Positions 19,146 to 28,623 of a stretch of 32,000 nucleotides of DNA are shown here, one piece after another. The position numbers and the translations under genes are program-made. Each line of letters starts with the position of its first letter. Positions within the stretch are counted from its first letter, which is position 1. The notes beneath the pieces are model-generated. The model was not told the DNA's origin. It saw only the letters and a list, made by a program, of their open reading frames with translations, and did no database searches. The stretch comes from Candidatus Baldrarchaeota archaeon (lineage in GTDB: Archaea > Asgardarchaeota > Baldrarchaeia > Baldrarchaeales > DXJG01), in NCBI GenBank assembly GCA_019056805.1, contig DXJG01000004.1, positions 210,001 through 242,000 on the forward strand. Reading direction: 5' to 3'.

Positions 19146-20597
19146 TTATGTTATAGGTGTGAAATACATTTTTGGATGTGGCAAGGAAGTGTCAGCATTA
19201 ATGTTGCAAATTGCCAATGGAGGGTGAACACCGTATGCAAATACGATACCTTTTTTGCTGAAAATTCTGAAAACCATGTCTGCCATTTCTCTTAGCTTAG
19301 GAGTTATTTTCGTGTTTGGAAAAGTAACTCCAATGCATAAGTCTTCTTCAAACTTTATTCTAGAAATAATTTCTATAGCTATTTTTTCGGTATCTTCAGG
19401 GCCGAAATCAGCTTCTAATTTGTCAAAAGACAAATAAACCAGGACATTTTCATTTAATTTTTCTTTAAAGCGGTCAATTTCTTCATTTATAGCTTCTAGA
19501 ATTTTGTTCATAGAATAGTCCGTGTGAATTAGCCAAGAAGCCGTTTTTTTATGATTACCTCTGATGGGAGCAATGATCTTACAGTATTTTTCAACGATTT
19601 CCTTACCTACTAAGTTGGAGTAGAGGTTAATGAAATAGCGAGGACTAATGCTTTTGCAAGGTACTACAACTATACCTCTACCTTGAAGCATGAAATTCTC
19701 TACAATTGGTGATGTGATGTCAATAAGATGTTCGAAGGGAAATTCTCCTACAACTTCAATAAGTATAAAGCTTCCCCTTCTAACTCCGCCCATTTTTTTA
19801 TCTAATTCTCGATTGCCGGTGCTAAATATACCGTTTTCATAAAACTTAGTTCCTTTTCCATCTTTTATTACGGGATGTGGTTCATAAGTACGTTTACGTC
19901 GTTCTACTGGCGAAAATCTATCAAAATATTTGAATTGTCCTTTGTGTAGCGTGAAATAATAGAACGGATTTAATATTTCAACTCCCCTAAGTTTTTCTAT
20001 AATTAATTCTCTAAATATTCTTCCATCAATAAACGTTTTCTTAAAAGTTACAACTCCGTCACAAATATAATCTAAAGCTGTTTTCTCAGCTCTTTCAGTT
20101 ATGATAATAGTCTTAATCTCAGCCCCCCTAACAGCGTCAATAATCCTATCGCATGTTTCTTCTACAGATAATCCTATTGTGGCAGCTACTGCATCAATAC
20201 TATCCACAACAACTAAAGGTGAGCCTGAAGGCTTTTTTTCTTCAATAACCATGTATAGTCCTTTTAGGAATTCTGGGAGAGATGAAAATCTTATTAGTTG
20301 TGGTACTTCCATTCTCTTTGGCACAATATTTTGTGTCGCATCAACAATATTTTCAGGTGGTATGCTTTCTCTTATCCAAGGAAACTGACCGTAGAGTGAT
20401 TTTGCATCAACTCTCGTAGAAAAGTATATTCCACAGCCCTTTTCAGCTTGACTGGCAACATAGTGCAAGCTGAAAATAGTTTTTCCGGTTCCAGGATCTC
20501 CTTTCACCAGTAAAGCAACATTTCCAGTAATATCAAAAAAATCTATAATTTCAGACGGTATTGTTTTACTCATATTCTGTGTTTTAAGCATACGCAT
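19146..20597 (-). CDS. GvpD/RAD55/KaiC-like two-domain P-loop ATPase, paralog 1
   Basis: LLVKGDPGTGKT, YFSTRV, VVVDSID, DYICDGVV, RELIIEKLRG. The second domain has a degenerate Walker A. The start may be a downstream ATG. Confidence 0.82.
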   Translation of the reverse strand: MRMLKTQNMSKTIPSEIIDFFDITGNVALLVKGDPGTGKTIFSLHYVASQAEKGCGIYFSTRVDAKSLYGQFPWIRESIPPENIVDATQNIVPKRMEVPQLIRFSSLPEFLKGLYMVIEEKKPSGSPLVVVDSIDAVAATIGLSVEETCDRIIDAVRGAEIKTIIITERAEKTALDYICDGVVTFKKTFIDGRIFRELIIEKLRGVEILNPFYYFTLHKGQFKYFDRFSPVERRKRTYEPHPVIKDGKGTKFYENGIFSTGNRELDKKMGGVRRGSFILIEVVGEFPFEHLIDITSPIVENFMLQGRGIVVVPCKSISPRYFINLYSNLVGKEIVEKYCKIIAPIRGNHKKTASWLIHTDYSMNKILEAINEEIDRFKEKLNENVLVYLSFDKLEADFGPEDTEKIAIEIISRIKFEEDLCIGVTFPNTKITPKLREMADMVFRIFSKKGIVFAYGVHPPLAICNINADTSLPHPKMYFTPIT

Positions 20598-20729
20598 CCA
20601 ACACGTTTATGGGGGGTCGTAAGTATAACGATTAACATAGCTAAGCAATATAAACATTTTGTCATCAAAATCTTGGAAAACCCAAACAGATTAAATAGAA
20701 AAATGTAAATTAAATTACAATTTTTGTTA

Positions 20730-20749
20730 ATTTGTTAATATTAACAAAT
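20730..20749. promoter_or_regulatory. 20-bp perfect palindrome in a divergent promoter region
   Basis: ATTTGTTAATATTAACAAAT equals its own reverse complement; an extra TTTGTTAA half-site lies directly upstream. Confidence 0.5.
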
Positions 20750-20959
20750 AAGCTGAATATGACTGGCTGTAATATCTCAAAATGCATACGGATTTTTAAC
20801 AAAATGACTCCATAACACTTATATTCCCATTTTGTGAAATTTTTAGTTACATTGAAAGTTTTTAGCATTCTAATAGTCTGAAAATAAGATATTAATAAAT
20901 TTATGAGAAAAAATCAACCACTATACTAGAAATGAGATCAAACATTCTGGTGTTTGCAA

Positions 20960-22306
20960 ATGCTTCTAAGTGTTATGCTATATGGCGTTGCATTTTTGGT
21001 TACATTGGTTCTTTTTGTAAAAGTGTTAAAAACCTATTTTTCATATCGATTTAAAGTAATTCTATCCTATGTATGTTTAATAGGCTTCATGGCAATAATA
21101 ACCTTAATGATGCTACTAAACTTAACATACGAGTTTGATGTTACTATTGGACCGCTGAAAATCGAACTCATAGATTTTATTTTAACTTCTGCAATAATTG
21201 CAGCGACACTTTCATGGTATTTTGCCATAGTTTTAAGCCATAGTTCTGCACTGCCTCAACGTAGCTATTTTATAGTTTTTATTGCAGGAATGGTTTTTAT
21301 GGGAGAATTACTTGAAAAATCCACCATATTCGTGATCAATGCCTTTCTTGAAACAGTTGGAATTCTATTTGTTGTAATAGAAACCTTTAATTATCTACGC
21401 GATGCATACAGGGAGATCATAGACCCTTTTGAAAAAAGATACATCAAATTGTACACCCTTGGTTTTGTCGTAATTTTAAGTTCAGGTTTAATGCCTGTTC
21501 TGGGAGATATTGCTGTAAAATACTACAATTTTCCTCGTGAAGTTTTTGAGCCTGGATGGTCCATCATCTACTCTATAGGGGTACTGCTTATATTCTATGC
21601 AGTTTCCAAGAAACCATTAGTTTTCATTATCAGCAAAGCTTACCCCATATTTCTGGTTTTACTAAATTCTAATGGAACTCCTTGCTTTACGCAGAAATTT
21701 CAACCAATGAGAAGTGATGGCAGGTCTGAATTCTCGGAGATAAATGTATCTGAGATATTTAATTCAGCTAAAGAATTAATAATGAGTGGTAAAAGAACGG
21801 GTTCCATTGATCAAGGTAGAAGAAAAATACTCGTAGGCACATATGAAGGTTTAACGGGGATGCTAGTTACTAATGTTGAGACACGGTATTTAAGAGAAGC
21901 ATTACAAAAAGCTACAAGACTCTTCTGGGAACGTTACCACGACGTTTTACCAACATGGACTGGCGAAACAAGTCAGTTTACTGAATTTAAAAATGATGTT
22001 GAACATTTATTTTCATTATTCACCTTGTTTGATGAAGTTGAAGCCACGATAGATTTAAAAGCCAAGGAATTTGATCCGCTTAGCAAAGACAGTCGAATCC
22101 TAGCACTTTTAACAGATTATACATCCAATGTAGGTGAATGCCCCTATTATTCAGAAAATGTCCCTTCAAAATGCCTCTTAGACCCAACCAGTAGAAGACC
22201 ATGGGATTGCGAAGGGAAAGCCTTCATCAATGGCTTTGTTTGCCAATATATATTAGACTACCTCGAAAAGAAAAAAGTCGATCAAAAGGATAATTTTTCA
22301 AAATAA
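20960..22306 (+). CDS. 7TM receptor-like protein with a cytoplasmic longin-like domain and a C-terminal Cys4 motif
   Basis: Seven hydrophobic helices in the first ~220 aa; then LVLLNSNGTPCF...GSIDQGRRKILV...LREAL...FWERY...WTGETSQF; C-terminal CPYY-x7-C-x11-C-x10-C. The ATG at 20960 follows GGTG (the track starts at TTG 20954). Confidence 0.7.
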   Translation: MLLSVMLYGVAFLVTLVLFVKVLKTYFSYRFKVILSYVCLIGFMAIITLMMLLNLTYEFDVTIGPLKIELIDFILTSAIIAATLSWYFAIVLSHSSALPQRSYFIVFIAGMVFMGELLEKSTIFVINAFLETVGILFVVIETFNYLRDAYREIIDPFEKRYIKLYTLGFVVILSSGLMPVLGDIAVKYYNFPREVFEPGWSIIYSIGVLLIFYAVSKKPLVFIISKAYPIFLVLLNSNGTPCFTQKFQPMRSDGRSEFSEINVSEIFNSAKELIMSGKRTGSIDQGRRKILVGTYEGLTGMLVTNVETRYLREALQKATRLFWERYHDVLPTWTGETSQFTEFKNDVEHLFSLFTLFDEVEATIDLKAKEFDPLSKDSRILALLTDYTSNVGECPYYSENVPSKCLLDPTSRRPWDCEGKAFINGFVCQYILDYLEKKKVDQKDNFSK

Positions 22307-22477
22307 AGAGACAAAAAATAATGTAGACTTTACCATGAAATATACATTTTCTTGTTGTTACTTAAAACCTTAATTAAAGCAAAAAACAATTTTAACGCAT
22401 ATTTAGCTTTTATTATCTAAAAGCCAACAGTCACTAATTTAAATCTCACAGTAACTGCAAAATACGCTGAATACTTT

Positions 22478-23917
22478 CTACACTACTGGAATGAAGAAAG
22501 TACGTGGATGAGGCACTTTAAAATCGATATTAATATTATGTATTTCTGTTGGCGGATGCACACCGTATCCAAACAGAACATCCTTCTCACTAAAGATTCT
22601 ATAAAAGTATTCAGCCATATCTCTAAGCTTCGCAGAAGAAGCCAAACTTGAGAAACTCAAACCAAAGAGTAGGTCTTTTTCAAACTTTATTCTAGAAGTT
22701 ATCTCCGAAGTTATCATTTCTGTTTGTTCTGGTCCGAACAAAGACTCTAAAAGATCAAAAGATAAAATTACAAGGACATTTTCACCTGTTACATCTTTAA
22801 AGTAATCAATTACCTTGTTAAGGCTTTCTAAAAATTTATCCATAGACCTACTGGCTTTGACTAGCCAGGGAAACTGTCTCTCATTTTTTATTCTTGAAAA
22901 ATCAATAACCCTGCAGTATTTTTCAAAAACTTTCTTACCTAAGAATTTTGAGAAAACATCGTAGACGTATAGTGGATTTATACCTTTACACGGAACAATA
23001 ATTACACCTCTACCTTGAAGAGCAAAGTTCTCAATAGGAGAACCTATCAACTCGAAAGCAAATTCGCATGGAACTTTTCCTAGAGCCTCGATGAGAAAAA
23101 AGCTTCCTCTCCTAATTCCACCGATTATTTCATCTAACTGTTCGTAACTGGAGCTGTAAAGGCCTTTTTCGTAGAATATAGTTCCTTTACCATCATTGAC
23201 GACTGGATGCGGAGGATAACCTTCTTTTTCGTAAGGCCTTAAAACAGGGAAAGGCTCGAAATACTGGAAACGGCCTTCATAAAGTGTGTAGTAGTATATT
23301 GGATTATGTATTTCAACACCTCTAAGCTTTTCTATAATCATTTCCCTAAAAATTCTTCCCTCTATAAGTTTTCTTTTAAGTGTTACAACTCCATCGCAAA
23401 TATAGTCTAAGGCTGTTTTTTCAGCTTTTTCAGTTATAATAATAGTTTTTATATTAATGCTTCTAATCGTATCAACGATCCTAGAACATGTTTCTTCTAC
23501 AGATAATCCCACGACGTTCGCCACTGCATCAATACTATCAACTACAACAATAGGTAATCCAGTAGTTTTTCTGTTTTCGAGAACCGTATAAAGCCCCCTA
23601 AGAAAATCGGGAAGAGAGGAATATCTTATTAGTTGTGGTACCTCCATTTTTTTCGGAATTATGCTTTGAGTTGCATCCACAATGTTTTCAGGAGGTATTT
23701 TATCTCTTATCCAAGGAAACTGTTCATAAATCGAATTAGTATCAACCCTAGTAGAAAAATAAACGCCAGTACCTTTCTTACACTTACTAGCAATGTACTG
23801 TAAGCTGAAAATAGTTTTTCCAGCACCAGGATCACCCTTAATCAGCAAAGCAGTGTTTCCAGAATTTTCAAGGAACTTAACTATCTCTAAAGGAACTGTT
23901 ATATTCACGTCTATCAC
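22478..23917 (-). CDS. GvpD/RAD55/KaiC-like two-domain P-loop ATPase, paralog 2
   Basis: LLIKGDPGAGKT, YFSTRV, VVVDSID, DYICDGVV; clearly paralogous to 19146..20597 (MEVPQLIR[FY]SSLP[ED]FL). Confidence 0.82.
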   Translation of the reverse strand: MIDVNITVPLEIVKFLENSGNTALLIKGDPGAGKTIFSLQYIASKCKKGTGVYFSTRVDTNSIYEQFPWIRDKIPPENIVDATQSIIPKKMEVPQLIRYSSLPDFLRGLYTVLENRKTTGLPIVVVDSIDAVANVVGLSVEETCSRIVDTIRSINIKTIIITEKAEKTALDYICDGVVTLKRKLIEGRIFREMIIEKLRGVEIHNPIYYYTLYEGRFQYFEPFPVLRPYEKEGYPPHPVVNDGKGTIFYEKGLYSSSYEQLDEIIGGIRRGSFFLIEALGKVPCEFAFELIGSPIENFALQGRGVIIVPCKGINPLYVYDVFSKFLGKKVFEKYCRVIDFSRIKNERQFPWLVKASRSMDKFLESLNKVIDYFKDVTGENVLVILSFDLLESLFGPEQTEMITSEITSRIKFEKDLLFGLSFSSLASSAKLRDMAEYFYRIFSEKDVLFGYGVHPPTEIHNINIDFKVPHPRTFFIPVV

Positions 23918-24156
23918 CGACTTCGTACCTTATTCTTGTAGTAATGGCTATTACAATATATGCACTAATTGAAGTAGTGGTTCTCTTTTGAATATAAGCT
24001 TTACTGTAACAAAAGTAAAAGAGGTTATATTAAAAGAATAAGAAACTGACCACATATAATGTTACATTTAACAAAATTTTTTCAAAAATATCTAACACAA
24101 TTTGAATAAAGGATATATGATAAATATTAGAATATTCCAAAGTAGGGATAAAATTT

Positions 24157-25383
24157 TTAGATAATTTTAATTTTCAAAAACTCTGCTAATCTTTCTAATT
24201 CTTTTTCAAAGTTTCCTGCAACTACGCAAAGATGTCTATTAACAGCTTTCTCAACAAAATCTATGAAAGACCTTCTAAGTTTAAGCTGGACTTGTGTTCT
24301 GCAGAATTCTTCTGAAACAGGAAATCCTTTCACTATTTTCCCAGTTGTAAAGAAAATCTCCTCCAAGTCTGGTGAAAAGTTGGCAACCGTAACTTCTTCT
24401 TTTTCTTTGAAAACCCCAGCAATACTTACGCCATATCCAGTTTCAAAATGACTTCTAATCTCACATTTTGAAACAATGGTAGAAGCAACGGTGCAATGCG
24501 CCAACAAAATTAAATCCTCTTGGAAATCCTCTACATTACCCATAAACACAGCTTTTCCTGAAAGTAAACGTAAAATCTCAAGCATAACCAATGATGAAAG
24601 ATCTCCTTCACAAGCAGAACTTATTCCCTTATCTAAAAGATGTGAAATAGCAAGACATGGAGTTATTTTTGCTTTCACAAGAAATGGAAAGCATCGAATT
24701 GTACAAATATTAGCACCACTTTTCTCCAAATAATCTTGTATGACAGTTAAAACACGTGATGCTCTGGCAATATCCTCAATAGTTATCTCTCTGCAAGGAA
24801 ACTTACTATATTTCTCAACAACTTCTCTGTGATCTCCCATTTTTTCAAAGTCTTTTAAAAAATCTTCAAGATCAACAAAATTTATATTCATTCCAAGTTT
24901 CTTTTCTAAAAACTCTAAATTATACGTCTTTTTTGCCCAATCTTTGGAGGCACAAAATAACATAATTTTTGTTCCTTTAAGCTGTGAAACCACCTCAGAC
25001 ACCAAGGACATATATTTAATTTCTTTTAATGATGAAGGGGATAACCCATGAATTATCTTTACATATTTTCCGTTCTTTTTTAATTTGAATGTAGCATTAA
25101 GAGCAGATGCCAACGAATTTTGCTTTCCATGTGTCAACAAAACGACTCTACTATACTTAGCAACTTCAATTATTAGATCAGAAGTTCCACCCGTTGCCAC
25201 AACCACAAAAATCAACGGATATTTCCCAATTTTTTCTCTTAAATTTCTAATATCATCAATCGAAGTTAGAACAGAAAATACTTCAGAGTAGAATCCTTTA
25301 AGACAATTAGCATATTTAACATGAATTTTTTCTGCCCCTCTTTCTTGGGGAGCTGATGAAACAGTAAGAATTGCAGGTTTCAT
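24157..25383 (-). CDS. L-fucose/L-arabinose isomerase-like protein (COG2407-like)
   Basis: TIRCF...TPCLA, SACEGD, FMGN, LAHCT, RSHFETG, CRTQV. ATG at 25383 follows a GAGGTGAGGAG RBS. Confidence 0.78.
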   Translation of the reverse strand: MKPAILTVSSAPQERGAEKIHVKYANCLKGFYSEVFSVLTSIDDIRNLREKIGKYPLIFVVVATGGTSDLIIEVAKYSRVVLLTHGKQNSLASALNATFKLKKNGKYVKIIHGLSPSSLKEIKYMSLVSEVVSQLKGTKIMLFCASKDWAKKTYNLEFLEKKLGMNINFVDLEDFLKDFEKMGDHREVVEKYSKFPCREITIEDIARASRVLTVIQDYLEKSGANICTIRCFPFLVKAKITPCLAISHLLDKGISSACEGDLSSLVMLEILRLLSGKAVFMGNVEDFQEDLILLAHCTVASTIVSKCEIRSHFETGYGVSIAGVFKEKEEVTVANFSPDLEEIFFTTGKIVKGFPVSEEFCRTQVQLKLRRSFIDFVEKAVNRHLCVVAGNFEKELERLAEFLKIKII

Positions 25384-25417
25384 ACTCCTCACCTCTTTTA
25401 ATCAGATATTTTACCTG

Positions 25418-27277
25418 TTACTTTAGGGATTTTGTAAGTTCCTTTAATTTTGATATTTCGGAAACTTTAACTTTTACCATTGTTTTTTGAATATAGTCTG
25501 GGAGTAAATGAAAATATTTAGAATTACCATACCGTTTATCGCCGCAAACAAAGATTCCTTTGTTTTCTTTTGATCTTATAACTCTTCCAAGGGCTTGTGA
25601 AGCTCTTCTAAAAGCAGGAACAATATAAGCATAAAATCGACCTTTTTCCTTTCCATAAAGTTTAGAATAATAATTCACATAAAGTTTGGTTCTCATAGTT
25701 ATTTTGTCAAAAGGAATACCGACGAGAAAGACTCCTTCTAATTCTTTACCGGGAAAATCAGCACCTTCAGCAAACCTACCAGTCATAGTTGCACAAAGGA
25801 CCCCTGCCTTCTTCGTCCTTCCAACACTCTTAAAGTCATCGAGAATTTTTCTAGCTTCATCACCGCTCATACCTTGTTTCTCCACAAAAAGTTCCTTGTC
25901 GAGATCACAGCAAATATCAGATAAACCCGGAAGTATATCTTCTTGAATTCTATAACTAGCACAGAAAACAGCAACATTAGAATCTATACACTCCAAAAAG
26001 AGGCTAATTGCCTCTAAATACTTATTTAACATTTTTTCTTCAAGTTCTTCTCCCTTAGTGGTTAACTCAATTGGAACTAGTGTTAAGATTTTTGAAGGAT
26101 CAGCAAAAGAAGGCACAACTTTCCCTTCGTAGTGCGTAAGACCTATAGTTTCACTAAAAGCTTTTATAGGTCTCAAAGTTCCAGAACAAAAGATACAAAC
26201 CCTAAATTTGTCCCATTTATCTCTTAATAATTCTTCAGCTCTCATATCCCAAATTTCAAAAACAAACTTTCCATTCTCTCTAAATTTTAGAAAAACAATT
26301 CCATCGATATTTAGAGAGTTTAAAGCTGCAAGCCAAAAATGTCCCAGATGAAATAAAGAAGATCTAGGTGACTTCCCTTCTTTTATCTGTCTAGAATGAA
26401 TAAGACTGCCATATCTAACCAGTAAACTAAGATCTTCAACATTTAAATCCGAAGCTTCTAATACCACCTTGGGTTCAAAAATATCATCTTCCCCGCGAAT
26501 CTTCCTACCTTCCTCCTCCAATATTTTCATTAAATCCTTAAGTTTTATTCTTAAAGCTTCAGCTTTATCAGATTTAAAGCTATCAATTTCGTTTAACGCT
26601 CTTTTAACAGAGCCAATAGTTATTCTATCAGAGTTGATCGTTGAAGCAGCATATTGAAGATTATGAGCCTCATCAACTACAAGAAAAGAGTTTCTAAAAG
26701 ATACTAACCTGTTTATAGTCCAGCCAAGATCACTAATAATATAATTGTAGCTGAGAGAAACAACCTTAGCATATTTTAAAAGTTCTAACTGTAAAAAGTA
26801 GGGGCACATGTCAGTTTCCTTAGCAAATTCGTATATTTCGGAGAAAAGAAGGGGTTGTTTCAATAAAAATCCAACTAAGTGGACGTTATGATAGTAAGGA
26901 CAGTTCTTTCTTTTCTTTTTGCATAAAACTGAAACACCGGTATAATCTTGAATGTTAAGCTCCCTGGCAAGCAGACACATGTCTCTTTTACCTCTAAAGG
27001 ACAAGCCAAAAATTTTAATATTTTTTCGTTCAACAATTTCCTTTAATTCTTCAATAGGCCTATCAGTCTCGTTCCCGGTTCTAACGGCCCAAATGATATG
27101 TCGTCCTTCGTTTAAAACATAGGGTAAAAGAGCAGCAAGAATAACGGGGGTTTTACCAAAACCAGTAGCAGCATGAATACAGACATTAGTCCTCTTTCTA
27201 ACCATTTCTTCAATAAACTCGATAACTTCACTCTGATACTCCCGCAAAGAGTAAGGAAAATATCTAAGATTCACCAT
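25418..27277 (-). CDS. xpd: XPD/Rad3 (DinG-family) Fe-S DNA helicase
   Basis: Q motif REYQ, Walker A AATGFGKT, Fe-S cysteines (DMC, LCK, NCPYY, MCPYF), VVDEAHNL, SGTL, EGADF, QALGRVIRS. ATG at 27277 is preferred. Confidence 0.9.
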   Translation of the reverse strand: MVNLRYFPYSLREYQSEVIEFIEEMVRKRTNVCIHAATGFGKTPVILAALLPYVLNEGRHIIWAVRTGNETDRPIEELKEIVERKNIKIFGLSFRGKRDMCLLARELNIQDYTGVSVLCKKKRKNCPYYHNVHLVGFLLKQPLLFSEIYEFAKETDMCPYFLQLELLKYAKVVSLSYNYIISDLGWTINRLVSFRNSFLVVDEAHNLQYAASTINSDRITIGSVKRALNEIDSFKSDKAEALRIKLKDLMKILEEEGRKIRGEDDIFEPKVVLEASDLNVEDLSLLVRYGSLIHSRQIKEGKSPRSSLFHLGHFWLAALNSLNIDGIVFLKFRENGKFVFEIWDMRAEELLRDKWDKFRVCIFCSGTLRPIKAFSETIGLTHYEGKVVPSFADPSKILTLVPIELTTKGEELEEKMLNKYLEAISLFLECIDSNVAVFCASYRIQEDILPGLSDICCDLDKELFVEKQGMSGDEARKILDDFKSVGRTKKAGVLCATMTGRFAEGADFPGKELEGVFLVGIPFDKITMRTKLYVNYYSKLYGKEKGRFYAYIVPAFRRASQALGRVIRSKENKGIFVCGDKRYGNSKYFHLLPDYIQKTMVKVKVSEISKLKELTKSLK

Positions 27278-27444
27278 AATGGACACCATATTAACATAAA
27301 TGAAAAAGCAACATAAACTTCTAAATTTTCCCATCAATTCACTAAATATACTAACTGAAATTAGCTACGAATTCATTCAAGAATAATTCCATTACAGTGA
27401 AGTGGAACGAAAATATAGTTTTAATGTTAAAAGGGAAGAGAACA

Positions 27445-28539
27445 TTAGTCTTCGTAGCCGATTAGTTCTGTAATTAAGTCCTGATATCTGAAACCCTCCA
27501 ATGTAATTTTTCGTTCAATAGCTAAATGTATAGCTAAAAAATGCAAAGGAATAATATTTATTACCGGAACTAAAGCTTCATACACCTCAGGTATCTTAAT
27601 CTGATAATCTGAAAGTTCTCTTAACCCCTTGTTTTCAATATTGCTAACTACATAGGTTAATACGCCAATTTTCTTTAAAACATTTAAAACTTGTATTGCC
27701 CGGTTGAAACTTTTACCTGAATGAGCAAAGACAATTACTGGTGTGTCTTTTTCGATGGGAAACATTTGAACGTGGCAAAATTCCTCGAGTTCAACAGCCT
27801 CGCTATGTATCCAAGCTAACTCTTTCATCTTAGCCATTCCAAAAAGAGCAGAAGCATAACATGGTCCTCCACCAGCCAAATGTACATGTTCACTCACAGA
27901 AAACTTTTCTGCAGCTTCCATATTTTGTCTCATATTTCTGGTGCTCATAACTTCCTTAGCTTTCATCGGTAAAGAGAAAATTTCTTCTTTAAATTTTTCA
28001 AATTCCTCATCTGAAAGAAAGCCATTCTTACCACCTAACCATAATGCTAAAGTGGCGCAAGCTGCCATAGCTGTTGTCGAAGTAGCTGTAGGTGAACCAA
28101 AAGCCTCCTCAACCTTTGTTAAAATCGTGTAATCTGAAATCCTAGCAATAGGCGAAGCACCTTCATTAGTAATTGCTACAACTTGTGCACCATCACCTTT
28201 AGCTTTTCTTACAGCTTCGAGAGTTCTTGCTGTTCTGCCAGATGCTGAAAAAGCAACAACCACAGTTTTTTCTGTACATTTTGTGTATTTAGCAAGTTCT
28301 AAAGACTCCTCAACAAAAACAGTGAAATCGGAAAACGCTCTAAACATGTATTTACCAGCTATCCCCGCAAAGAAGCTATCTCCACAACCAGTAAGTAAAA
28401 CTTGACTTATGTTTCTTTTTAACAATGATTCTGAAATTTCCTCCGAAACGTTCCAGGAGCTTTCAATGGTTTTTTCAAGATATTCAGGTTGCTTAACAAC
28501 AACAGATTTAATTCTTTCAAGAAAATTCGACATCTCCAT
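27445..28539 (-). CDS. SIS-domain sugar-phosphate isomerase/deaminase (GlmS C-terminal / FrlB-like)
   Basis: LTGCGDSFFAG, FSASGRT, AITNEGASP, AKMKE, EEFCH; no glutaminase domain. ATG at 28539 follows AGGAGT. Confidence 0.85.
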   Translation of the reverse strand: MEMSNFLERIKSVVVKQPEYLEKTIESSWNVSEEISESLLKRNISQVLLTGCGDSFFAGIAGKYMFRAFSDFTVFVEESLELAKYTKCTEKTVVVAFSASGRTARTLEAVRKAKGDGAQVVAITNEGASPIARISDYTILTKVEEAFGSPTATSTTAMAACATLALWLGGKNGFLSDEEFEKFKEEIFSLPMKAKEVMSTRNMRQNMEAAEKFSVSEHVHLAGGGPCYASALFGMAKMKELAWIHSEAVELEEFCHVQMFPIEKDTPVIVFAHSGKSFNRAIQVLNVLKKIGVLTYVVSNIENKGLRELSDYQIKIPEVYEALVPVINIIPLHFLAIHLAIERKITLEGFRYQDLITELIGYED

Positions 28540-28623
28540 AACATTTCTACTCCTAGTAATCATGTTTATAATATTAGTTTTGCACCTTATATTGTAAAAT
28601 GACAATATAAGCCTTAAAATGGT

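Noticed and set aside
19146-23917. Circadian KaiC clock or gas-vesicle operon
   Set aside because: There are no kaiA/kaiB or gvpA/gvpC-like genes, and the second ATPase domain is degenerate, unlike the active CII domain of clock KaiC.
27445-28539. Calling the SIS protein glmS
   Set aside because: It lacks the N-terminal glutamine amidotransferase domain, and the substrate cannot be assigned from sequence.
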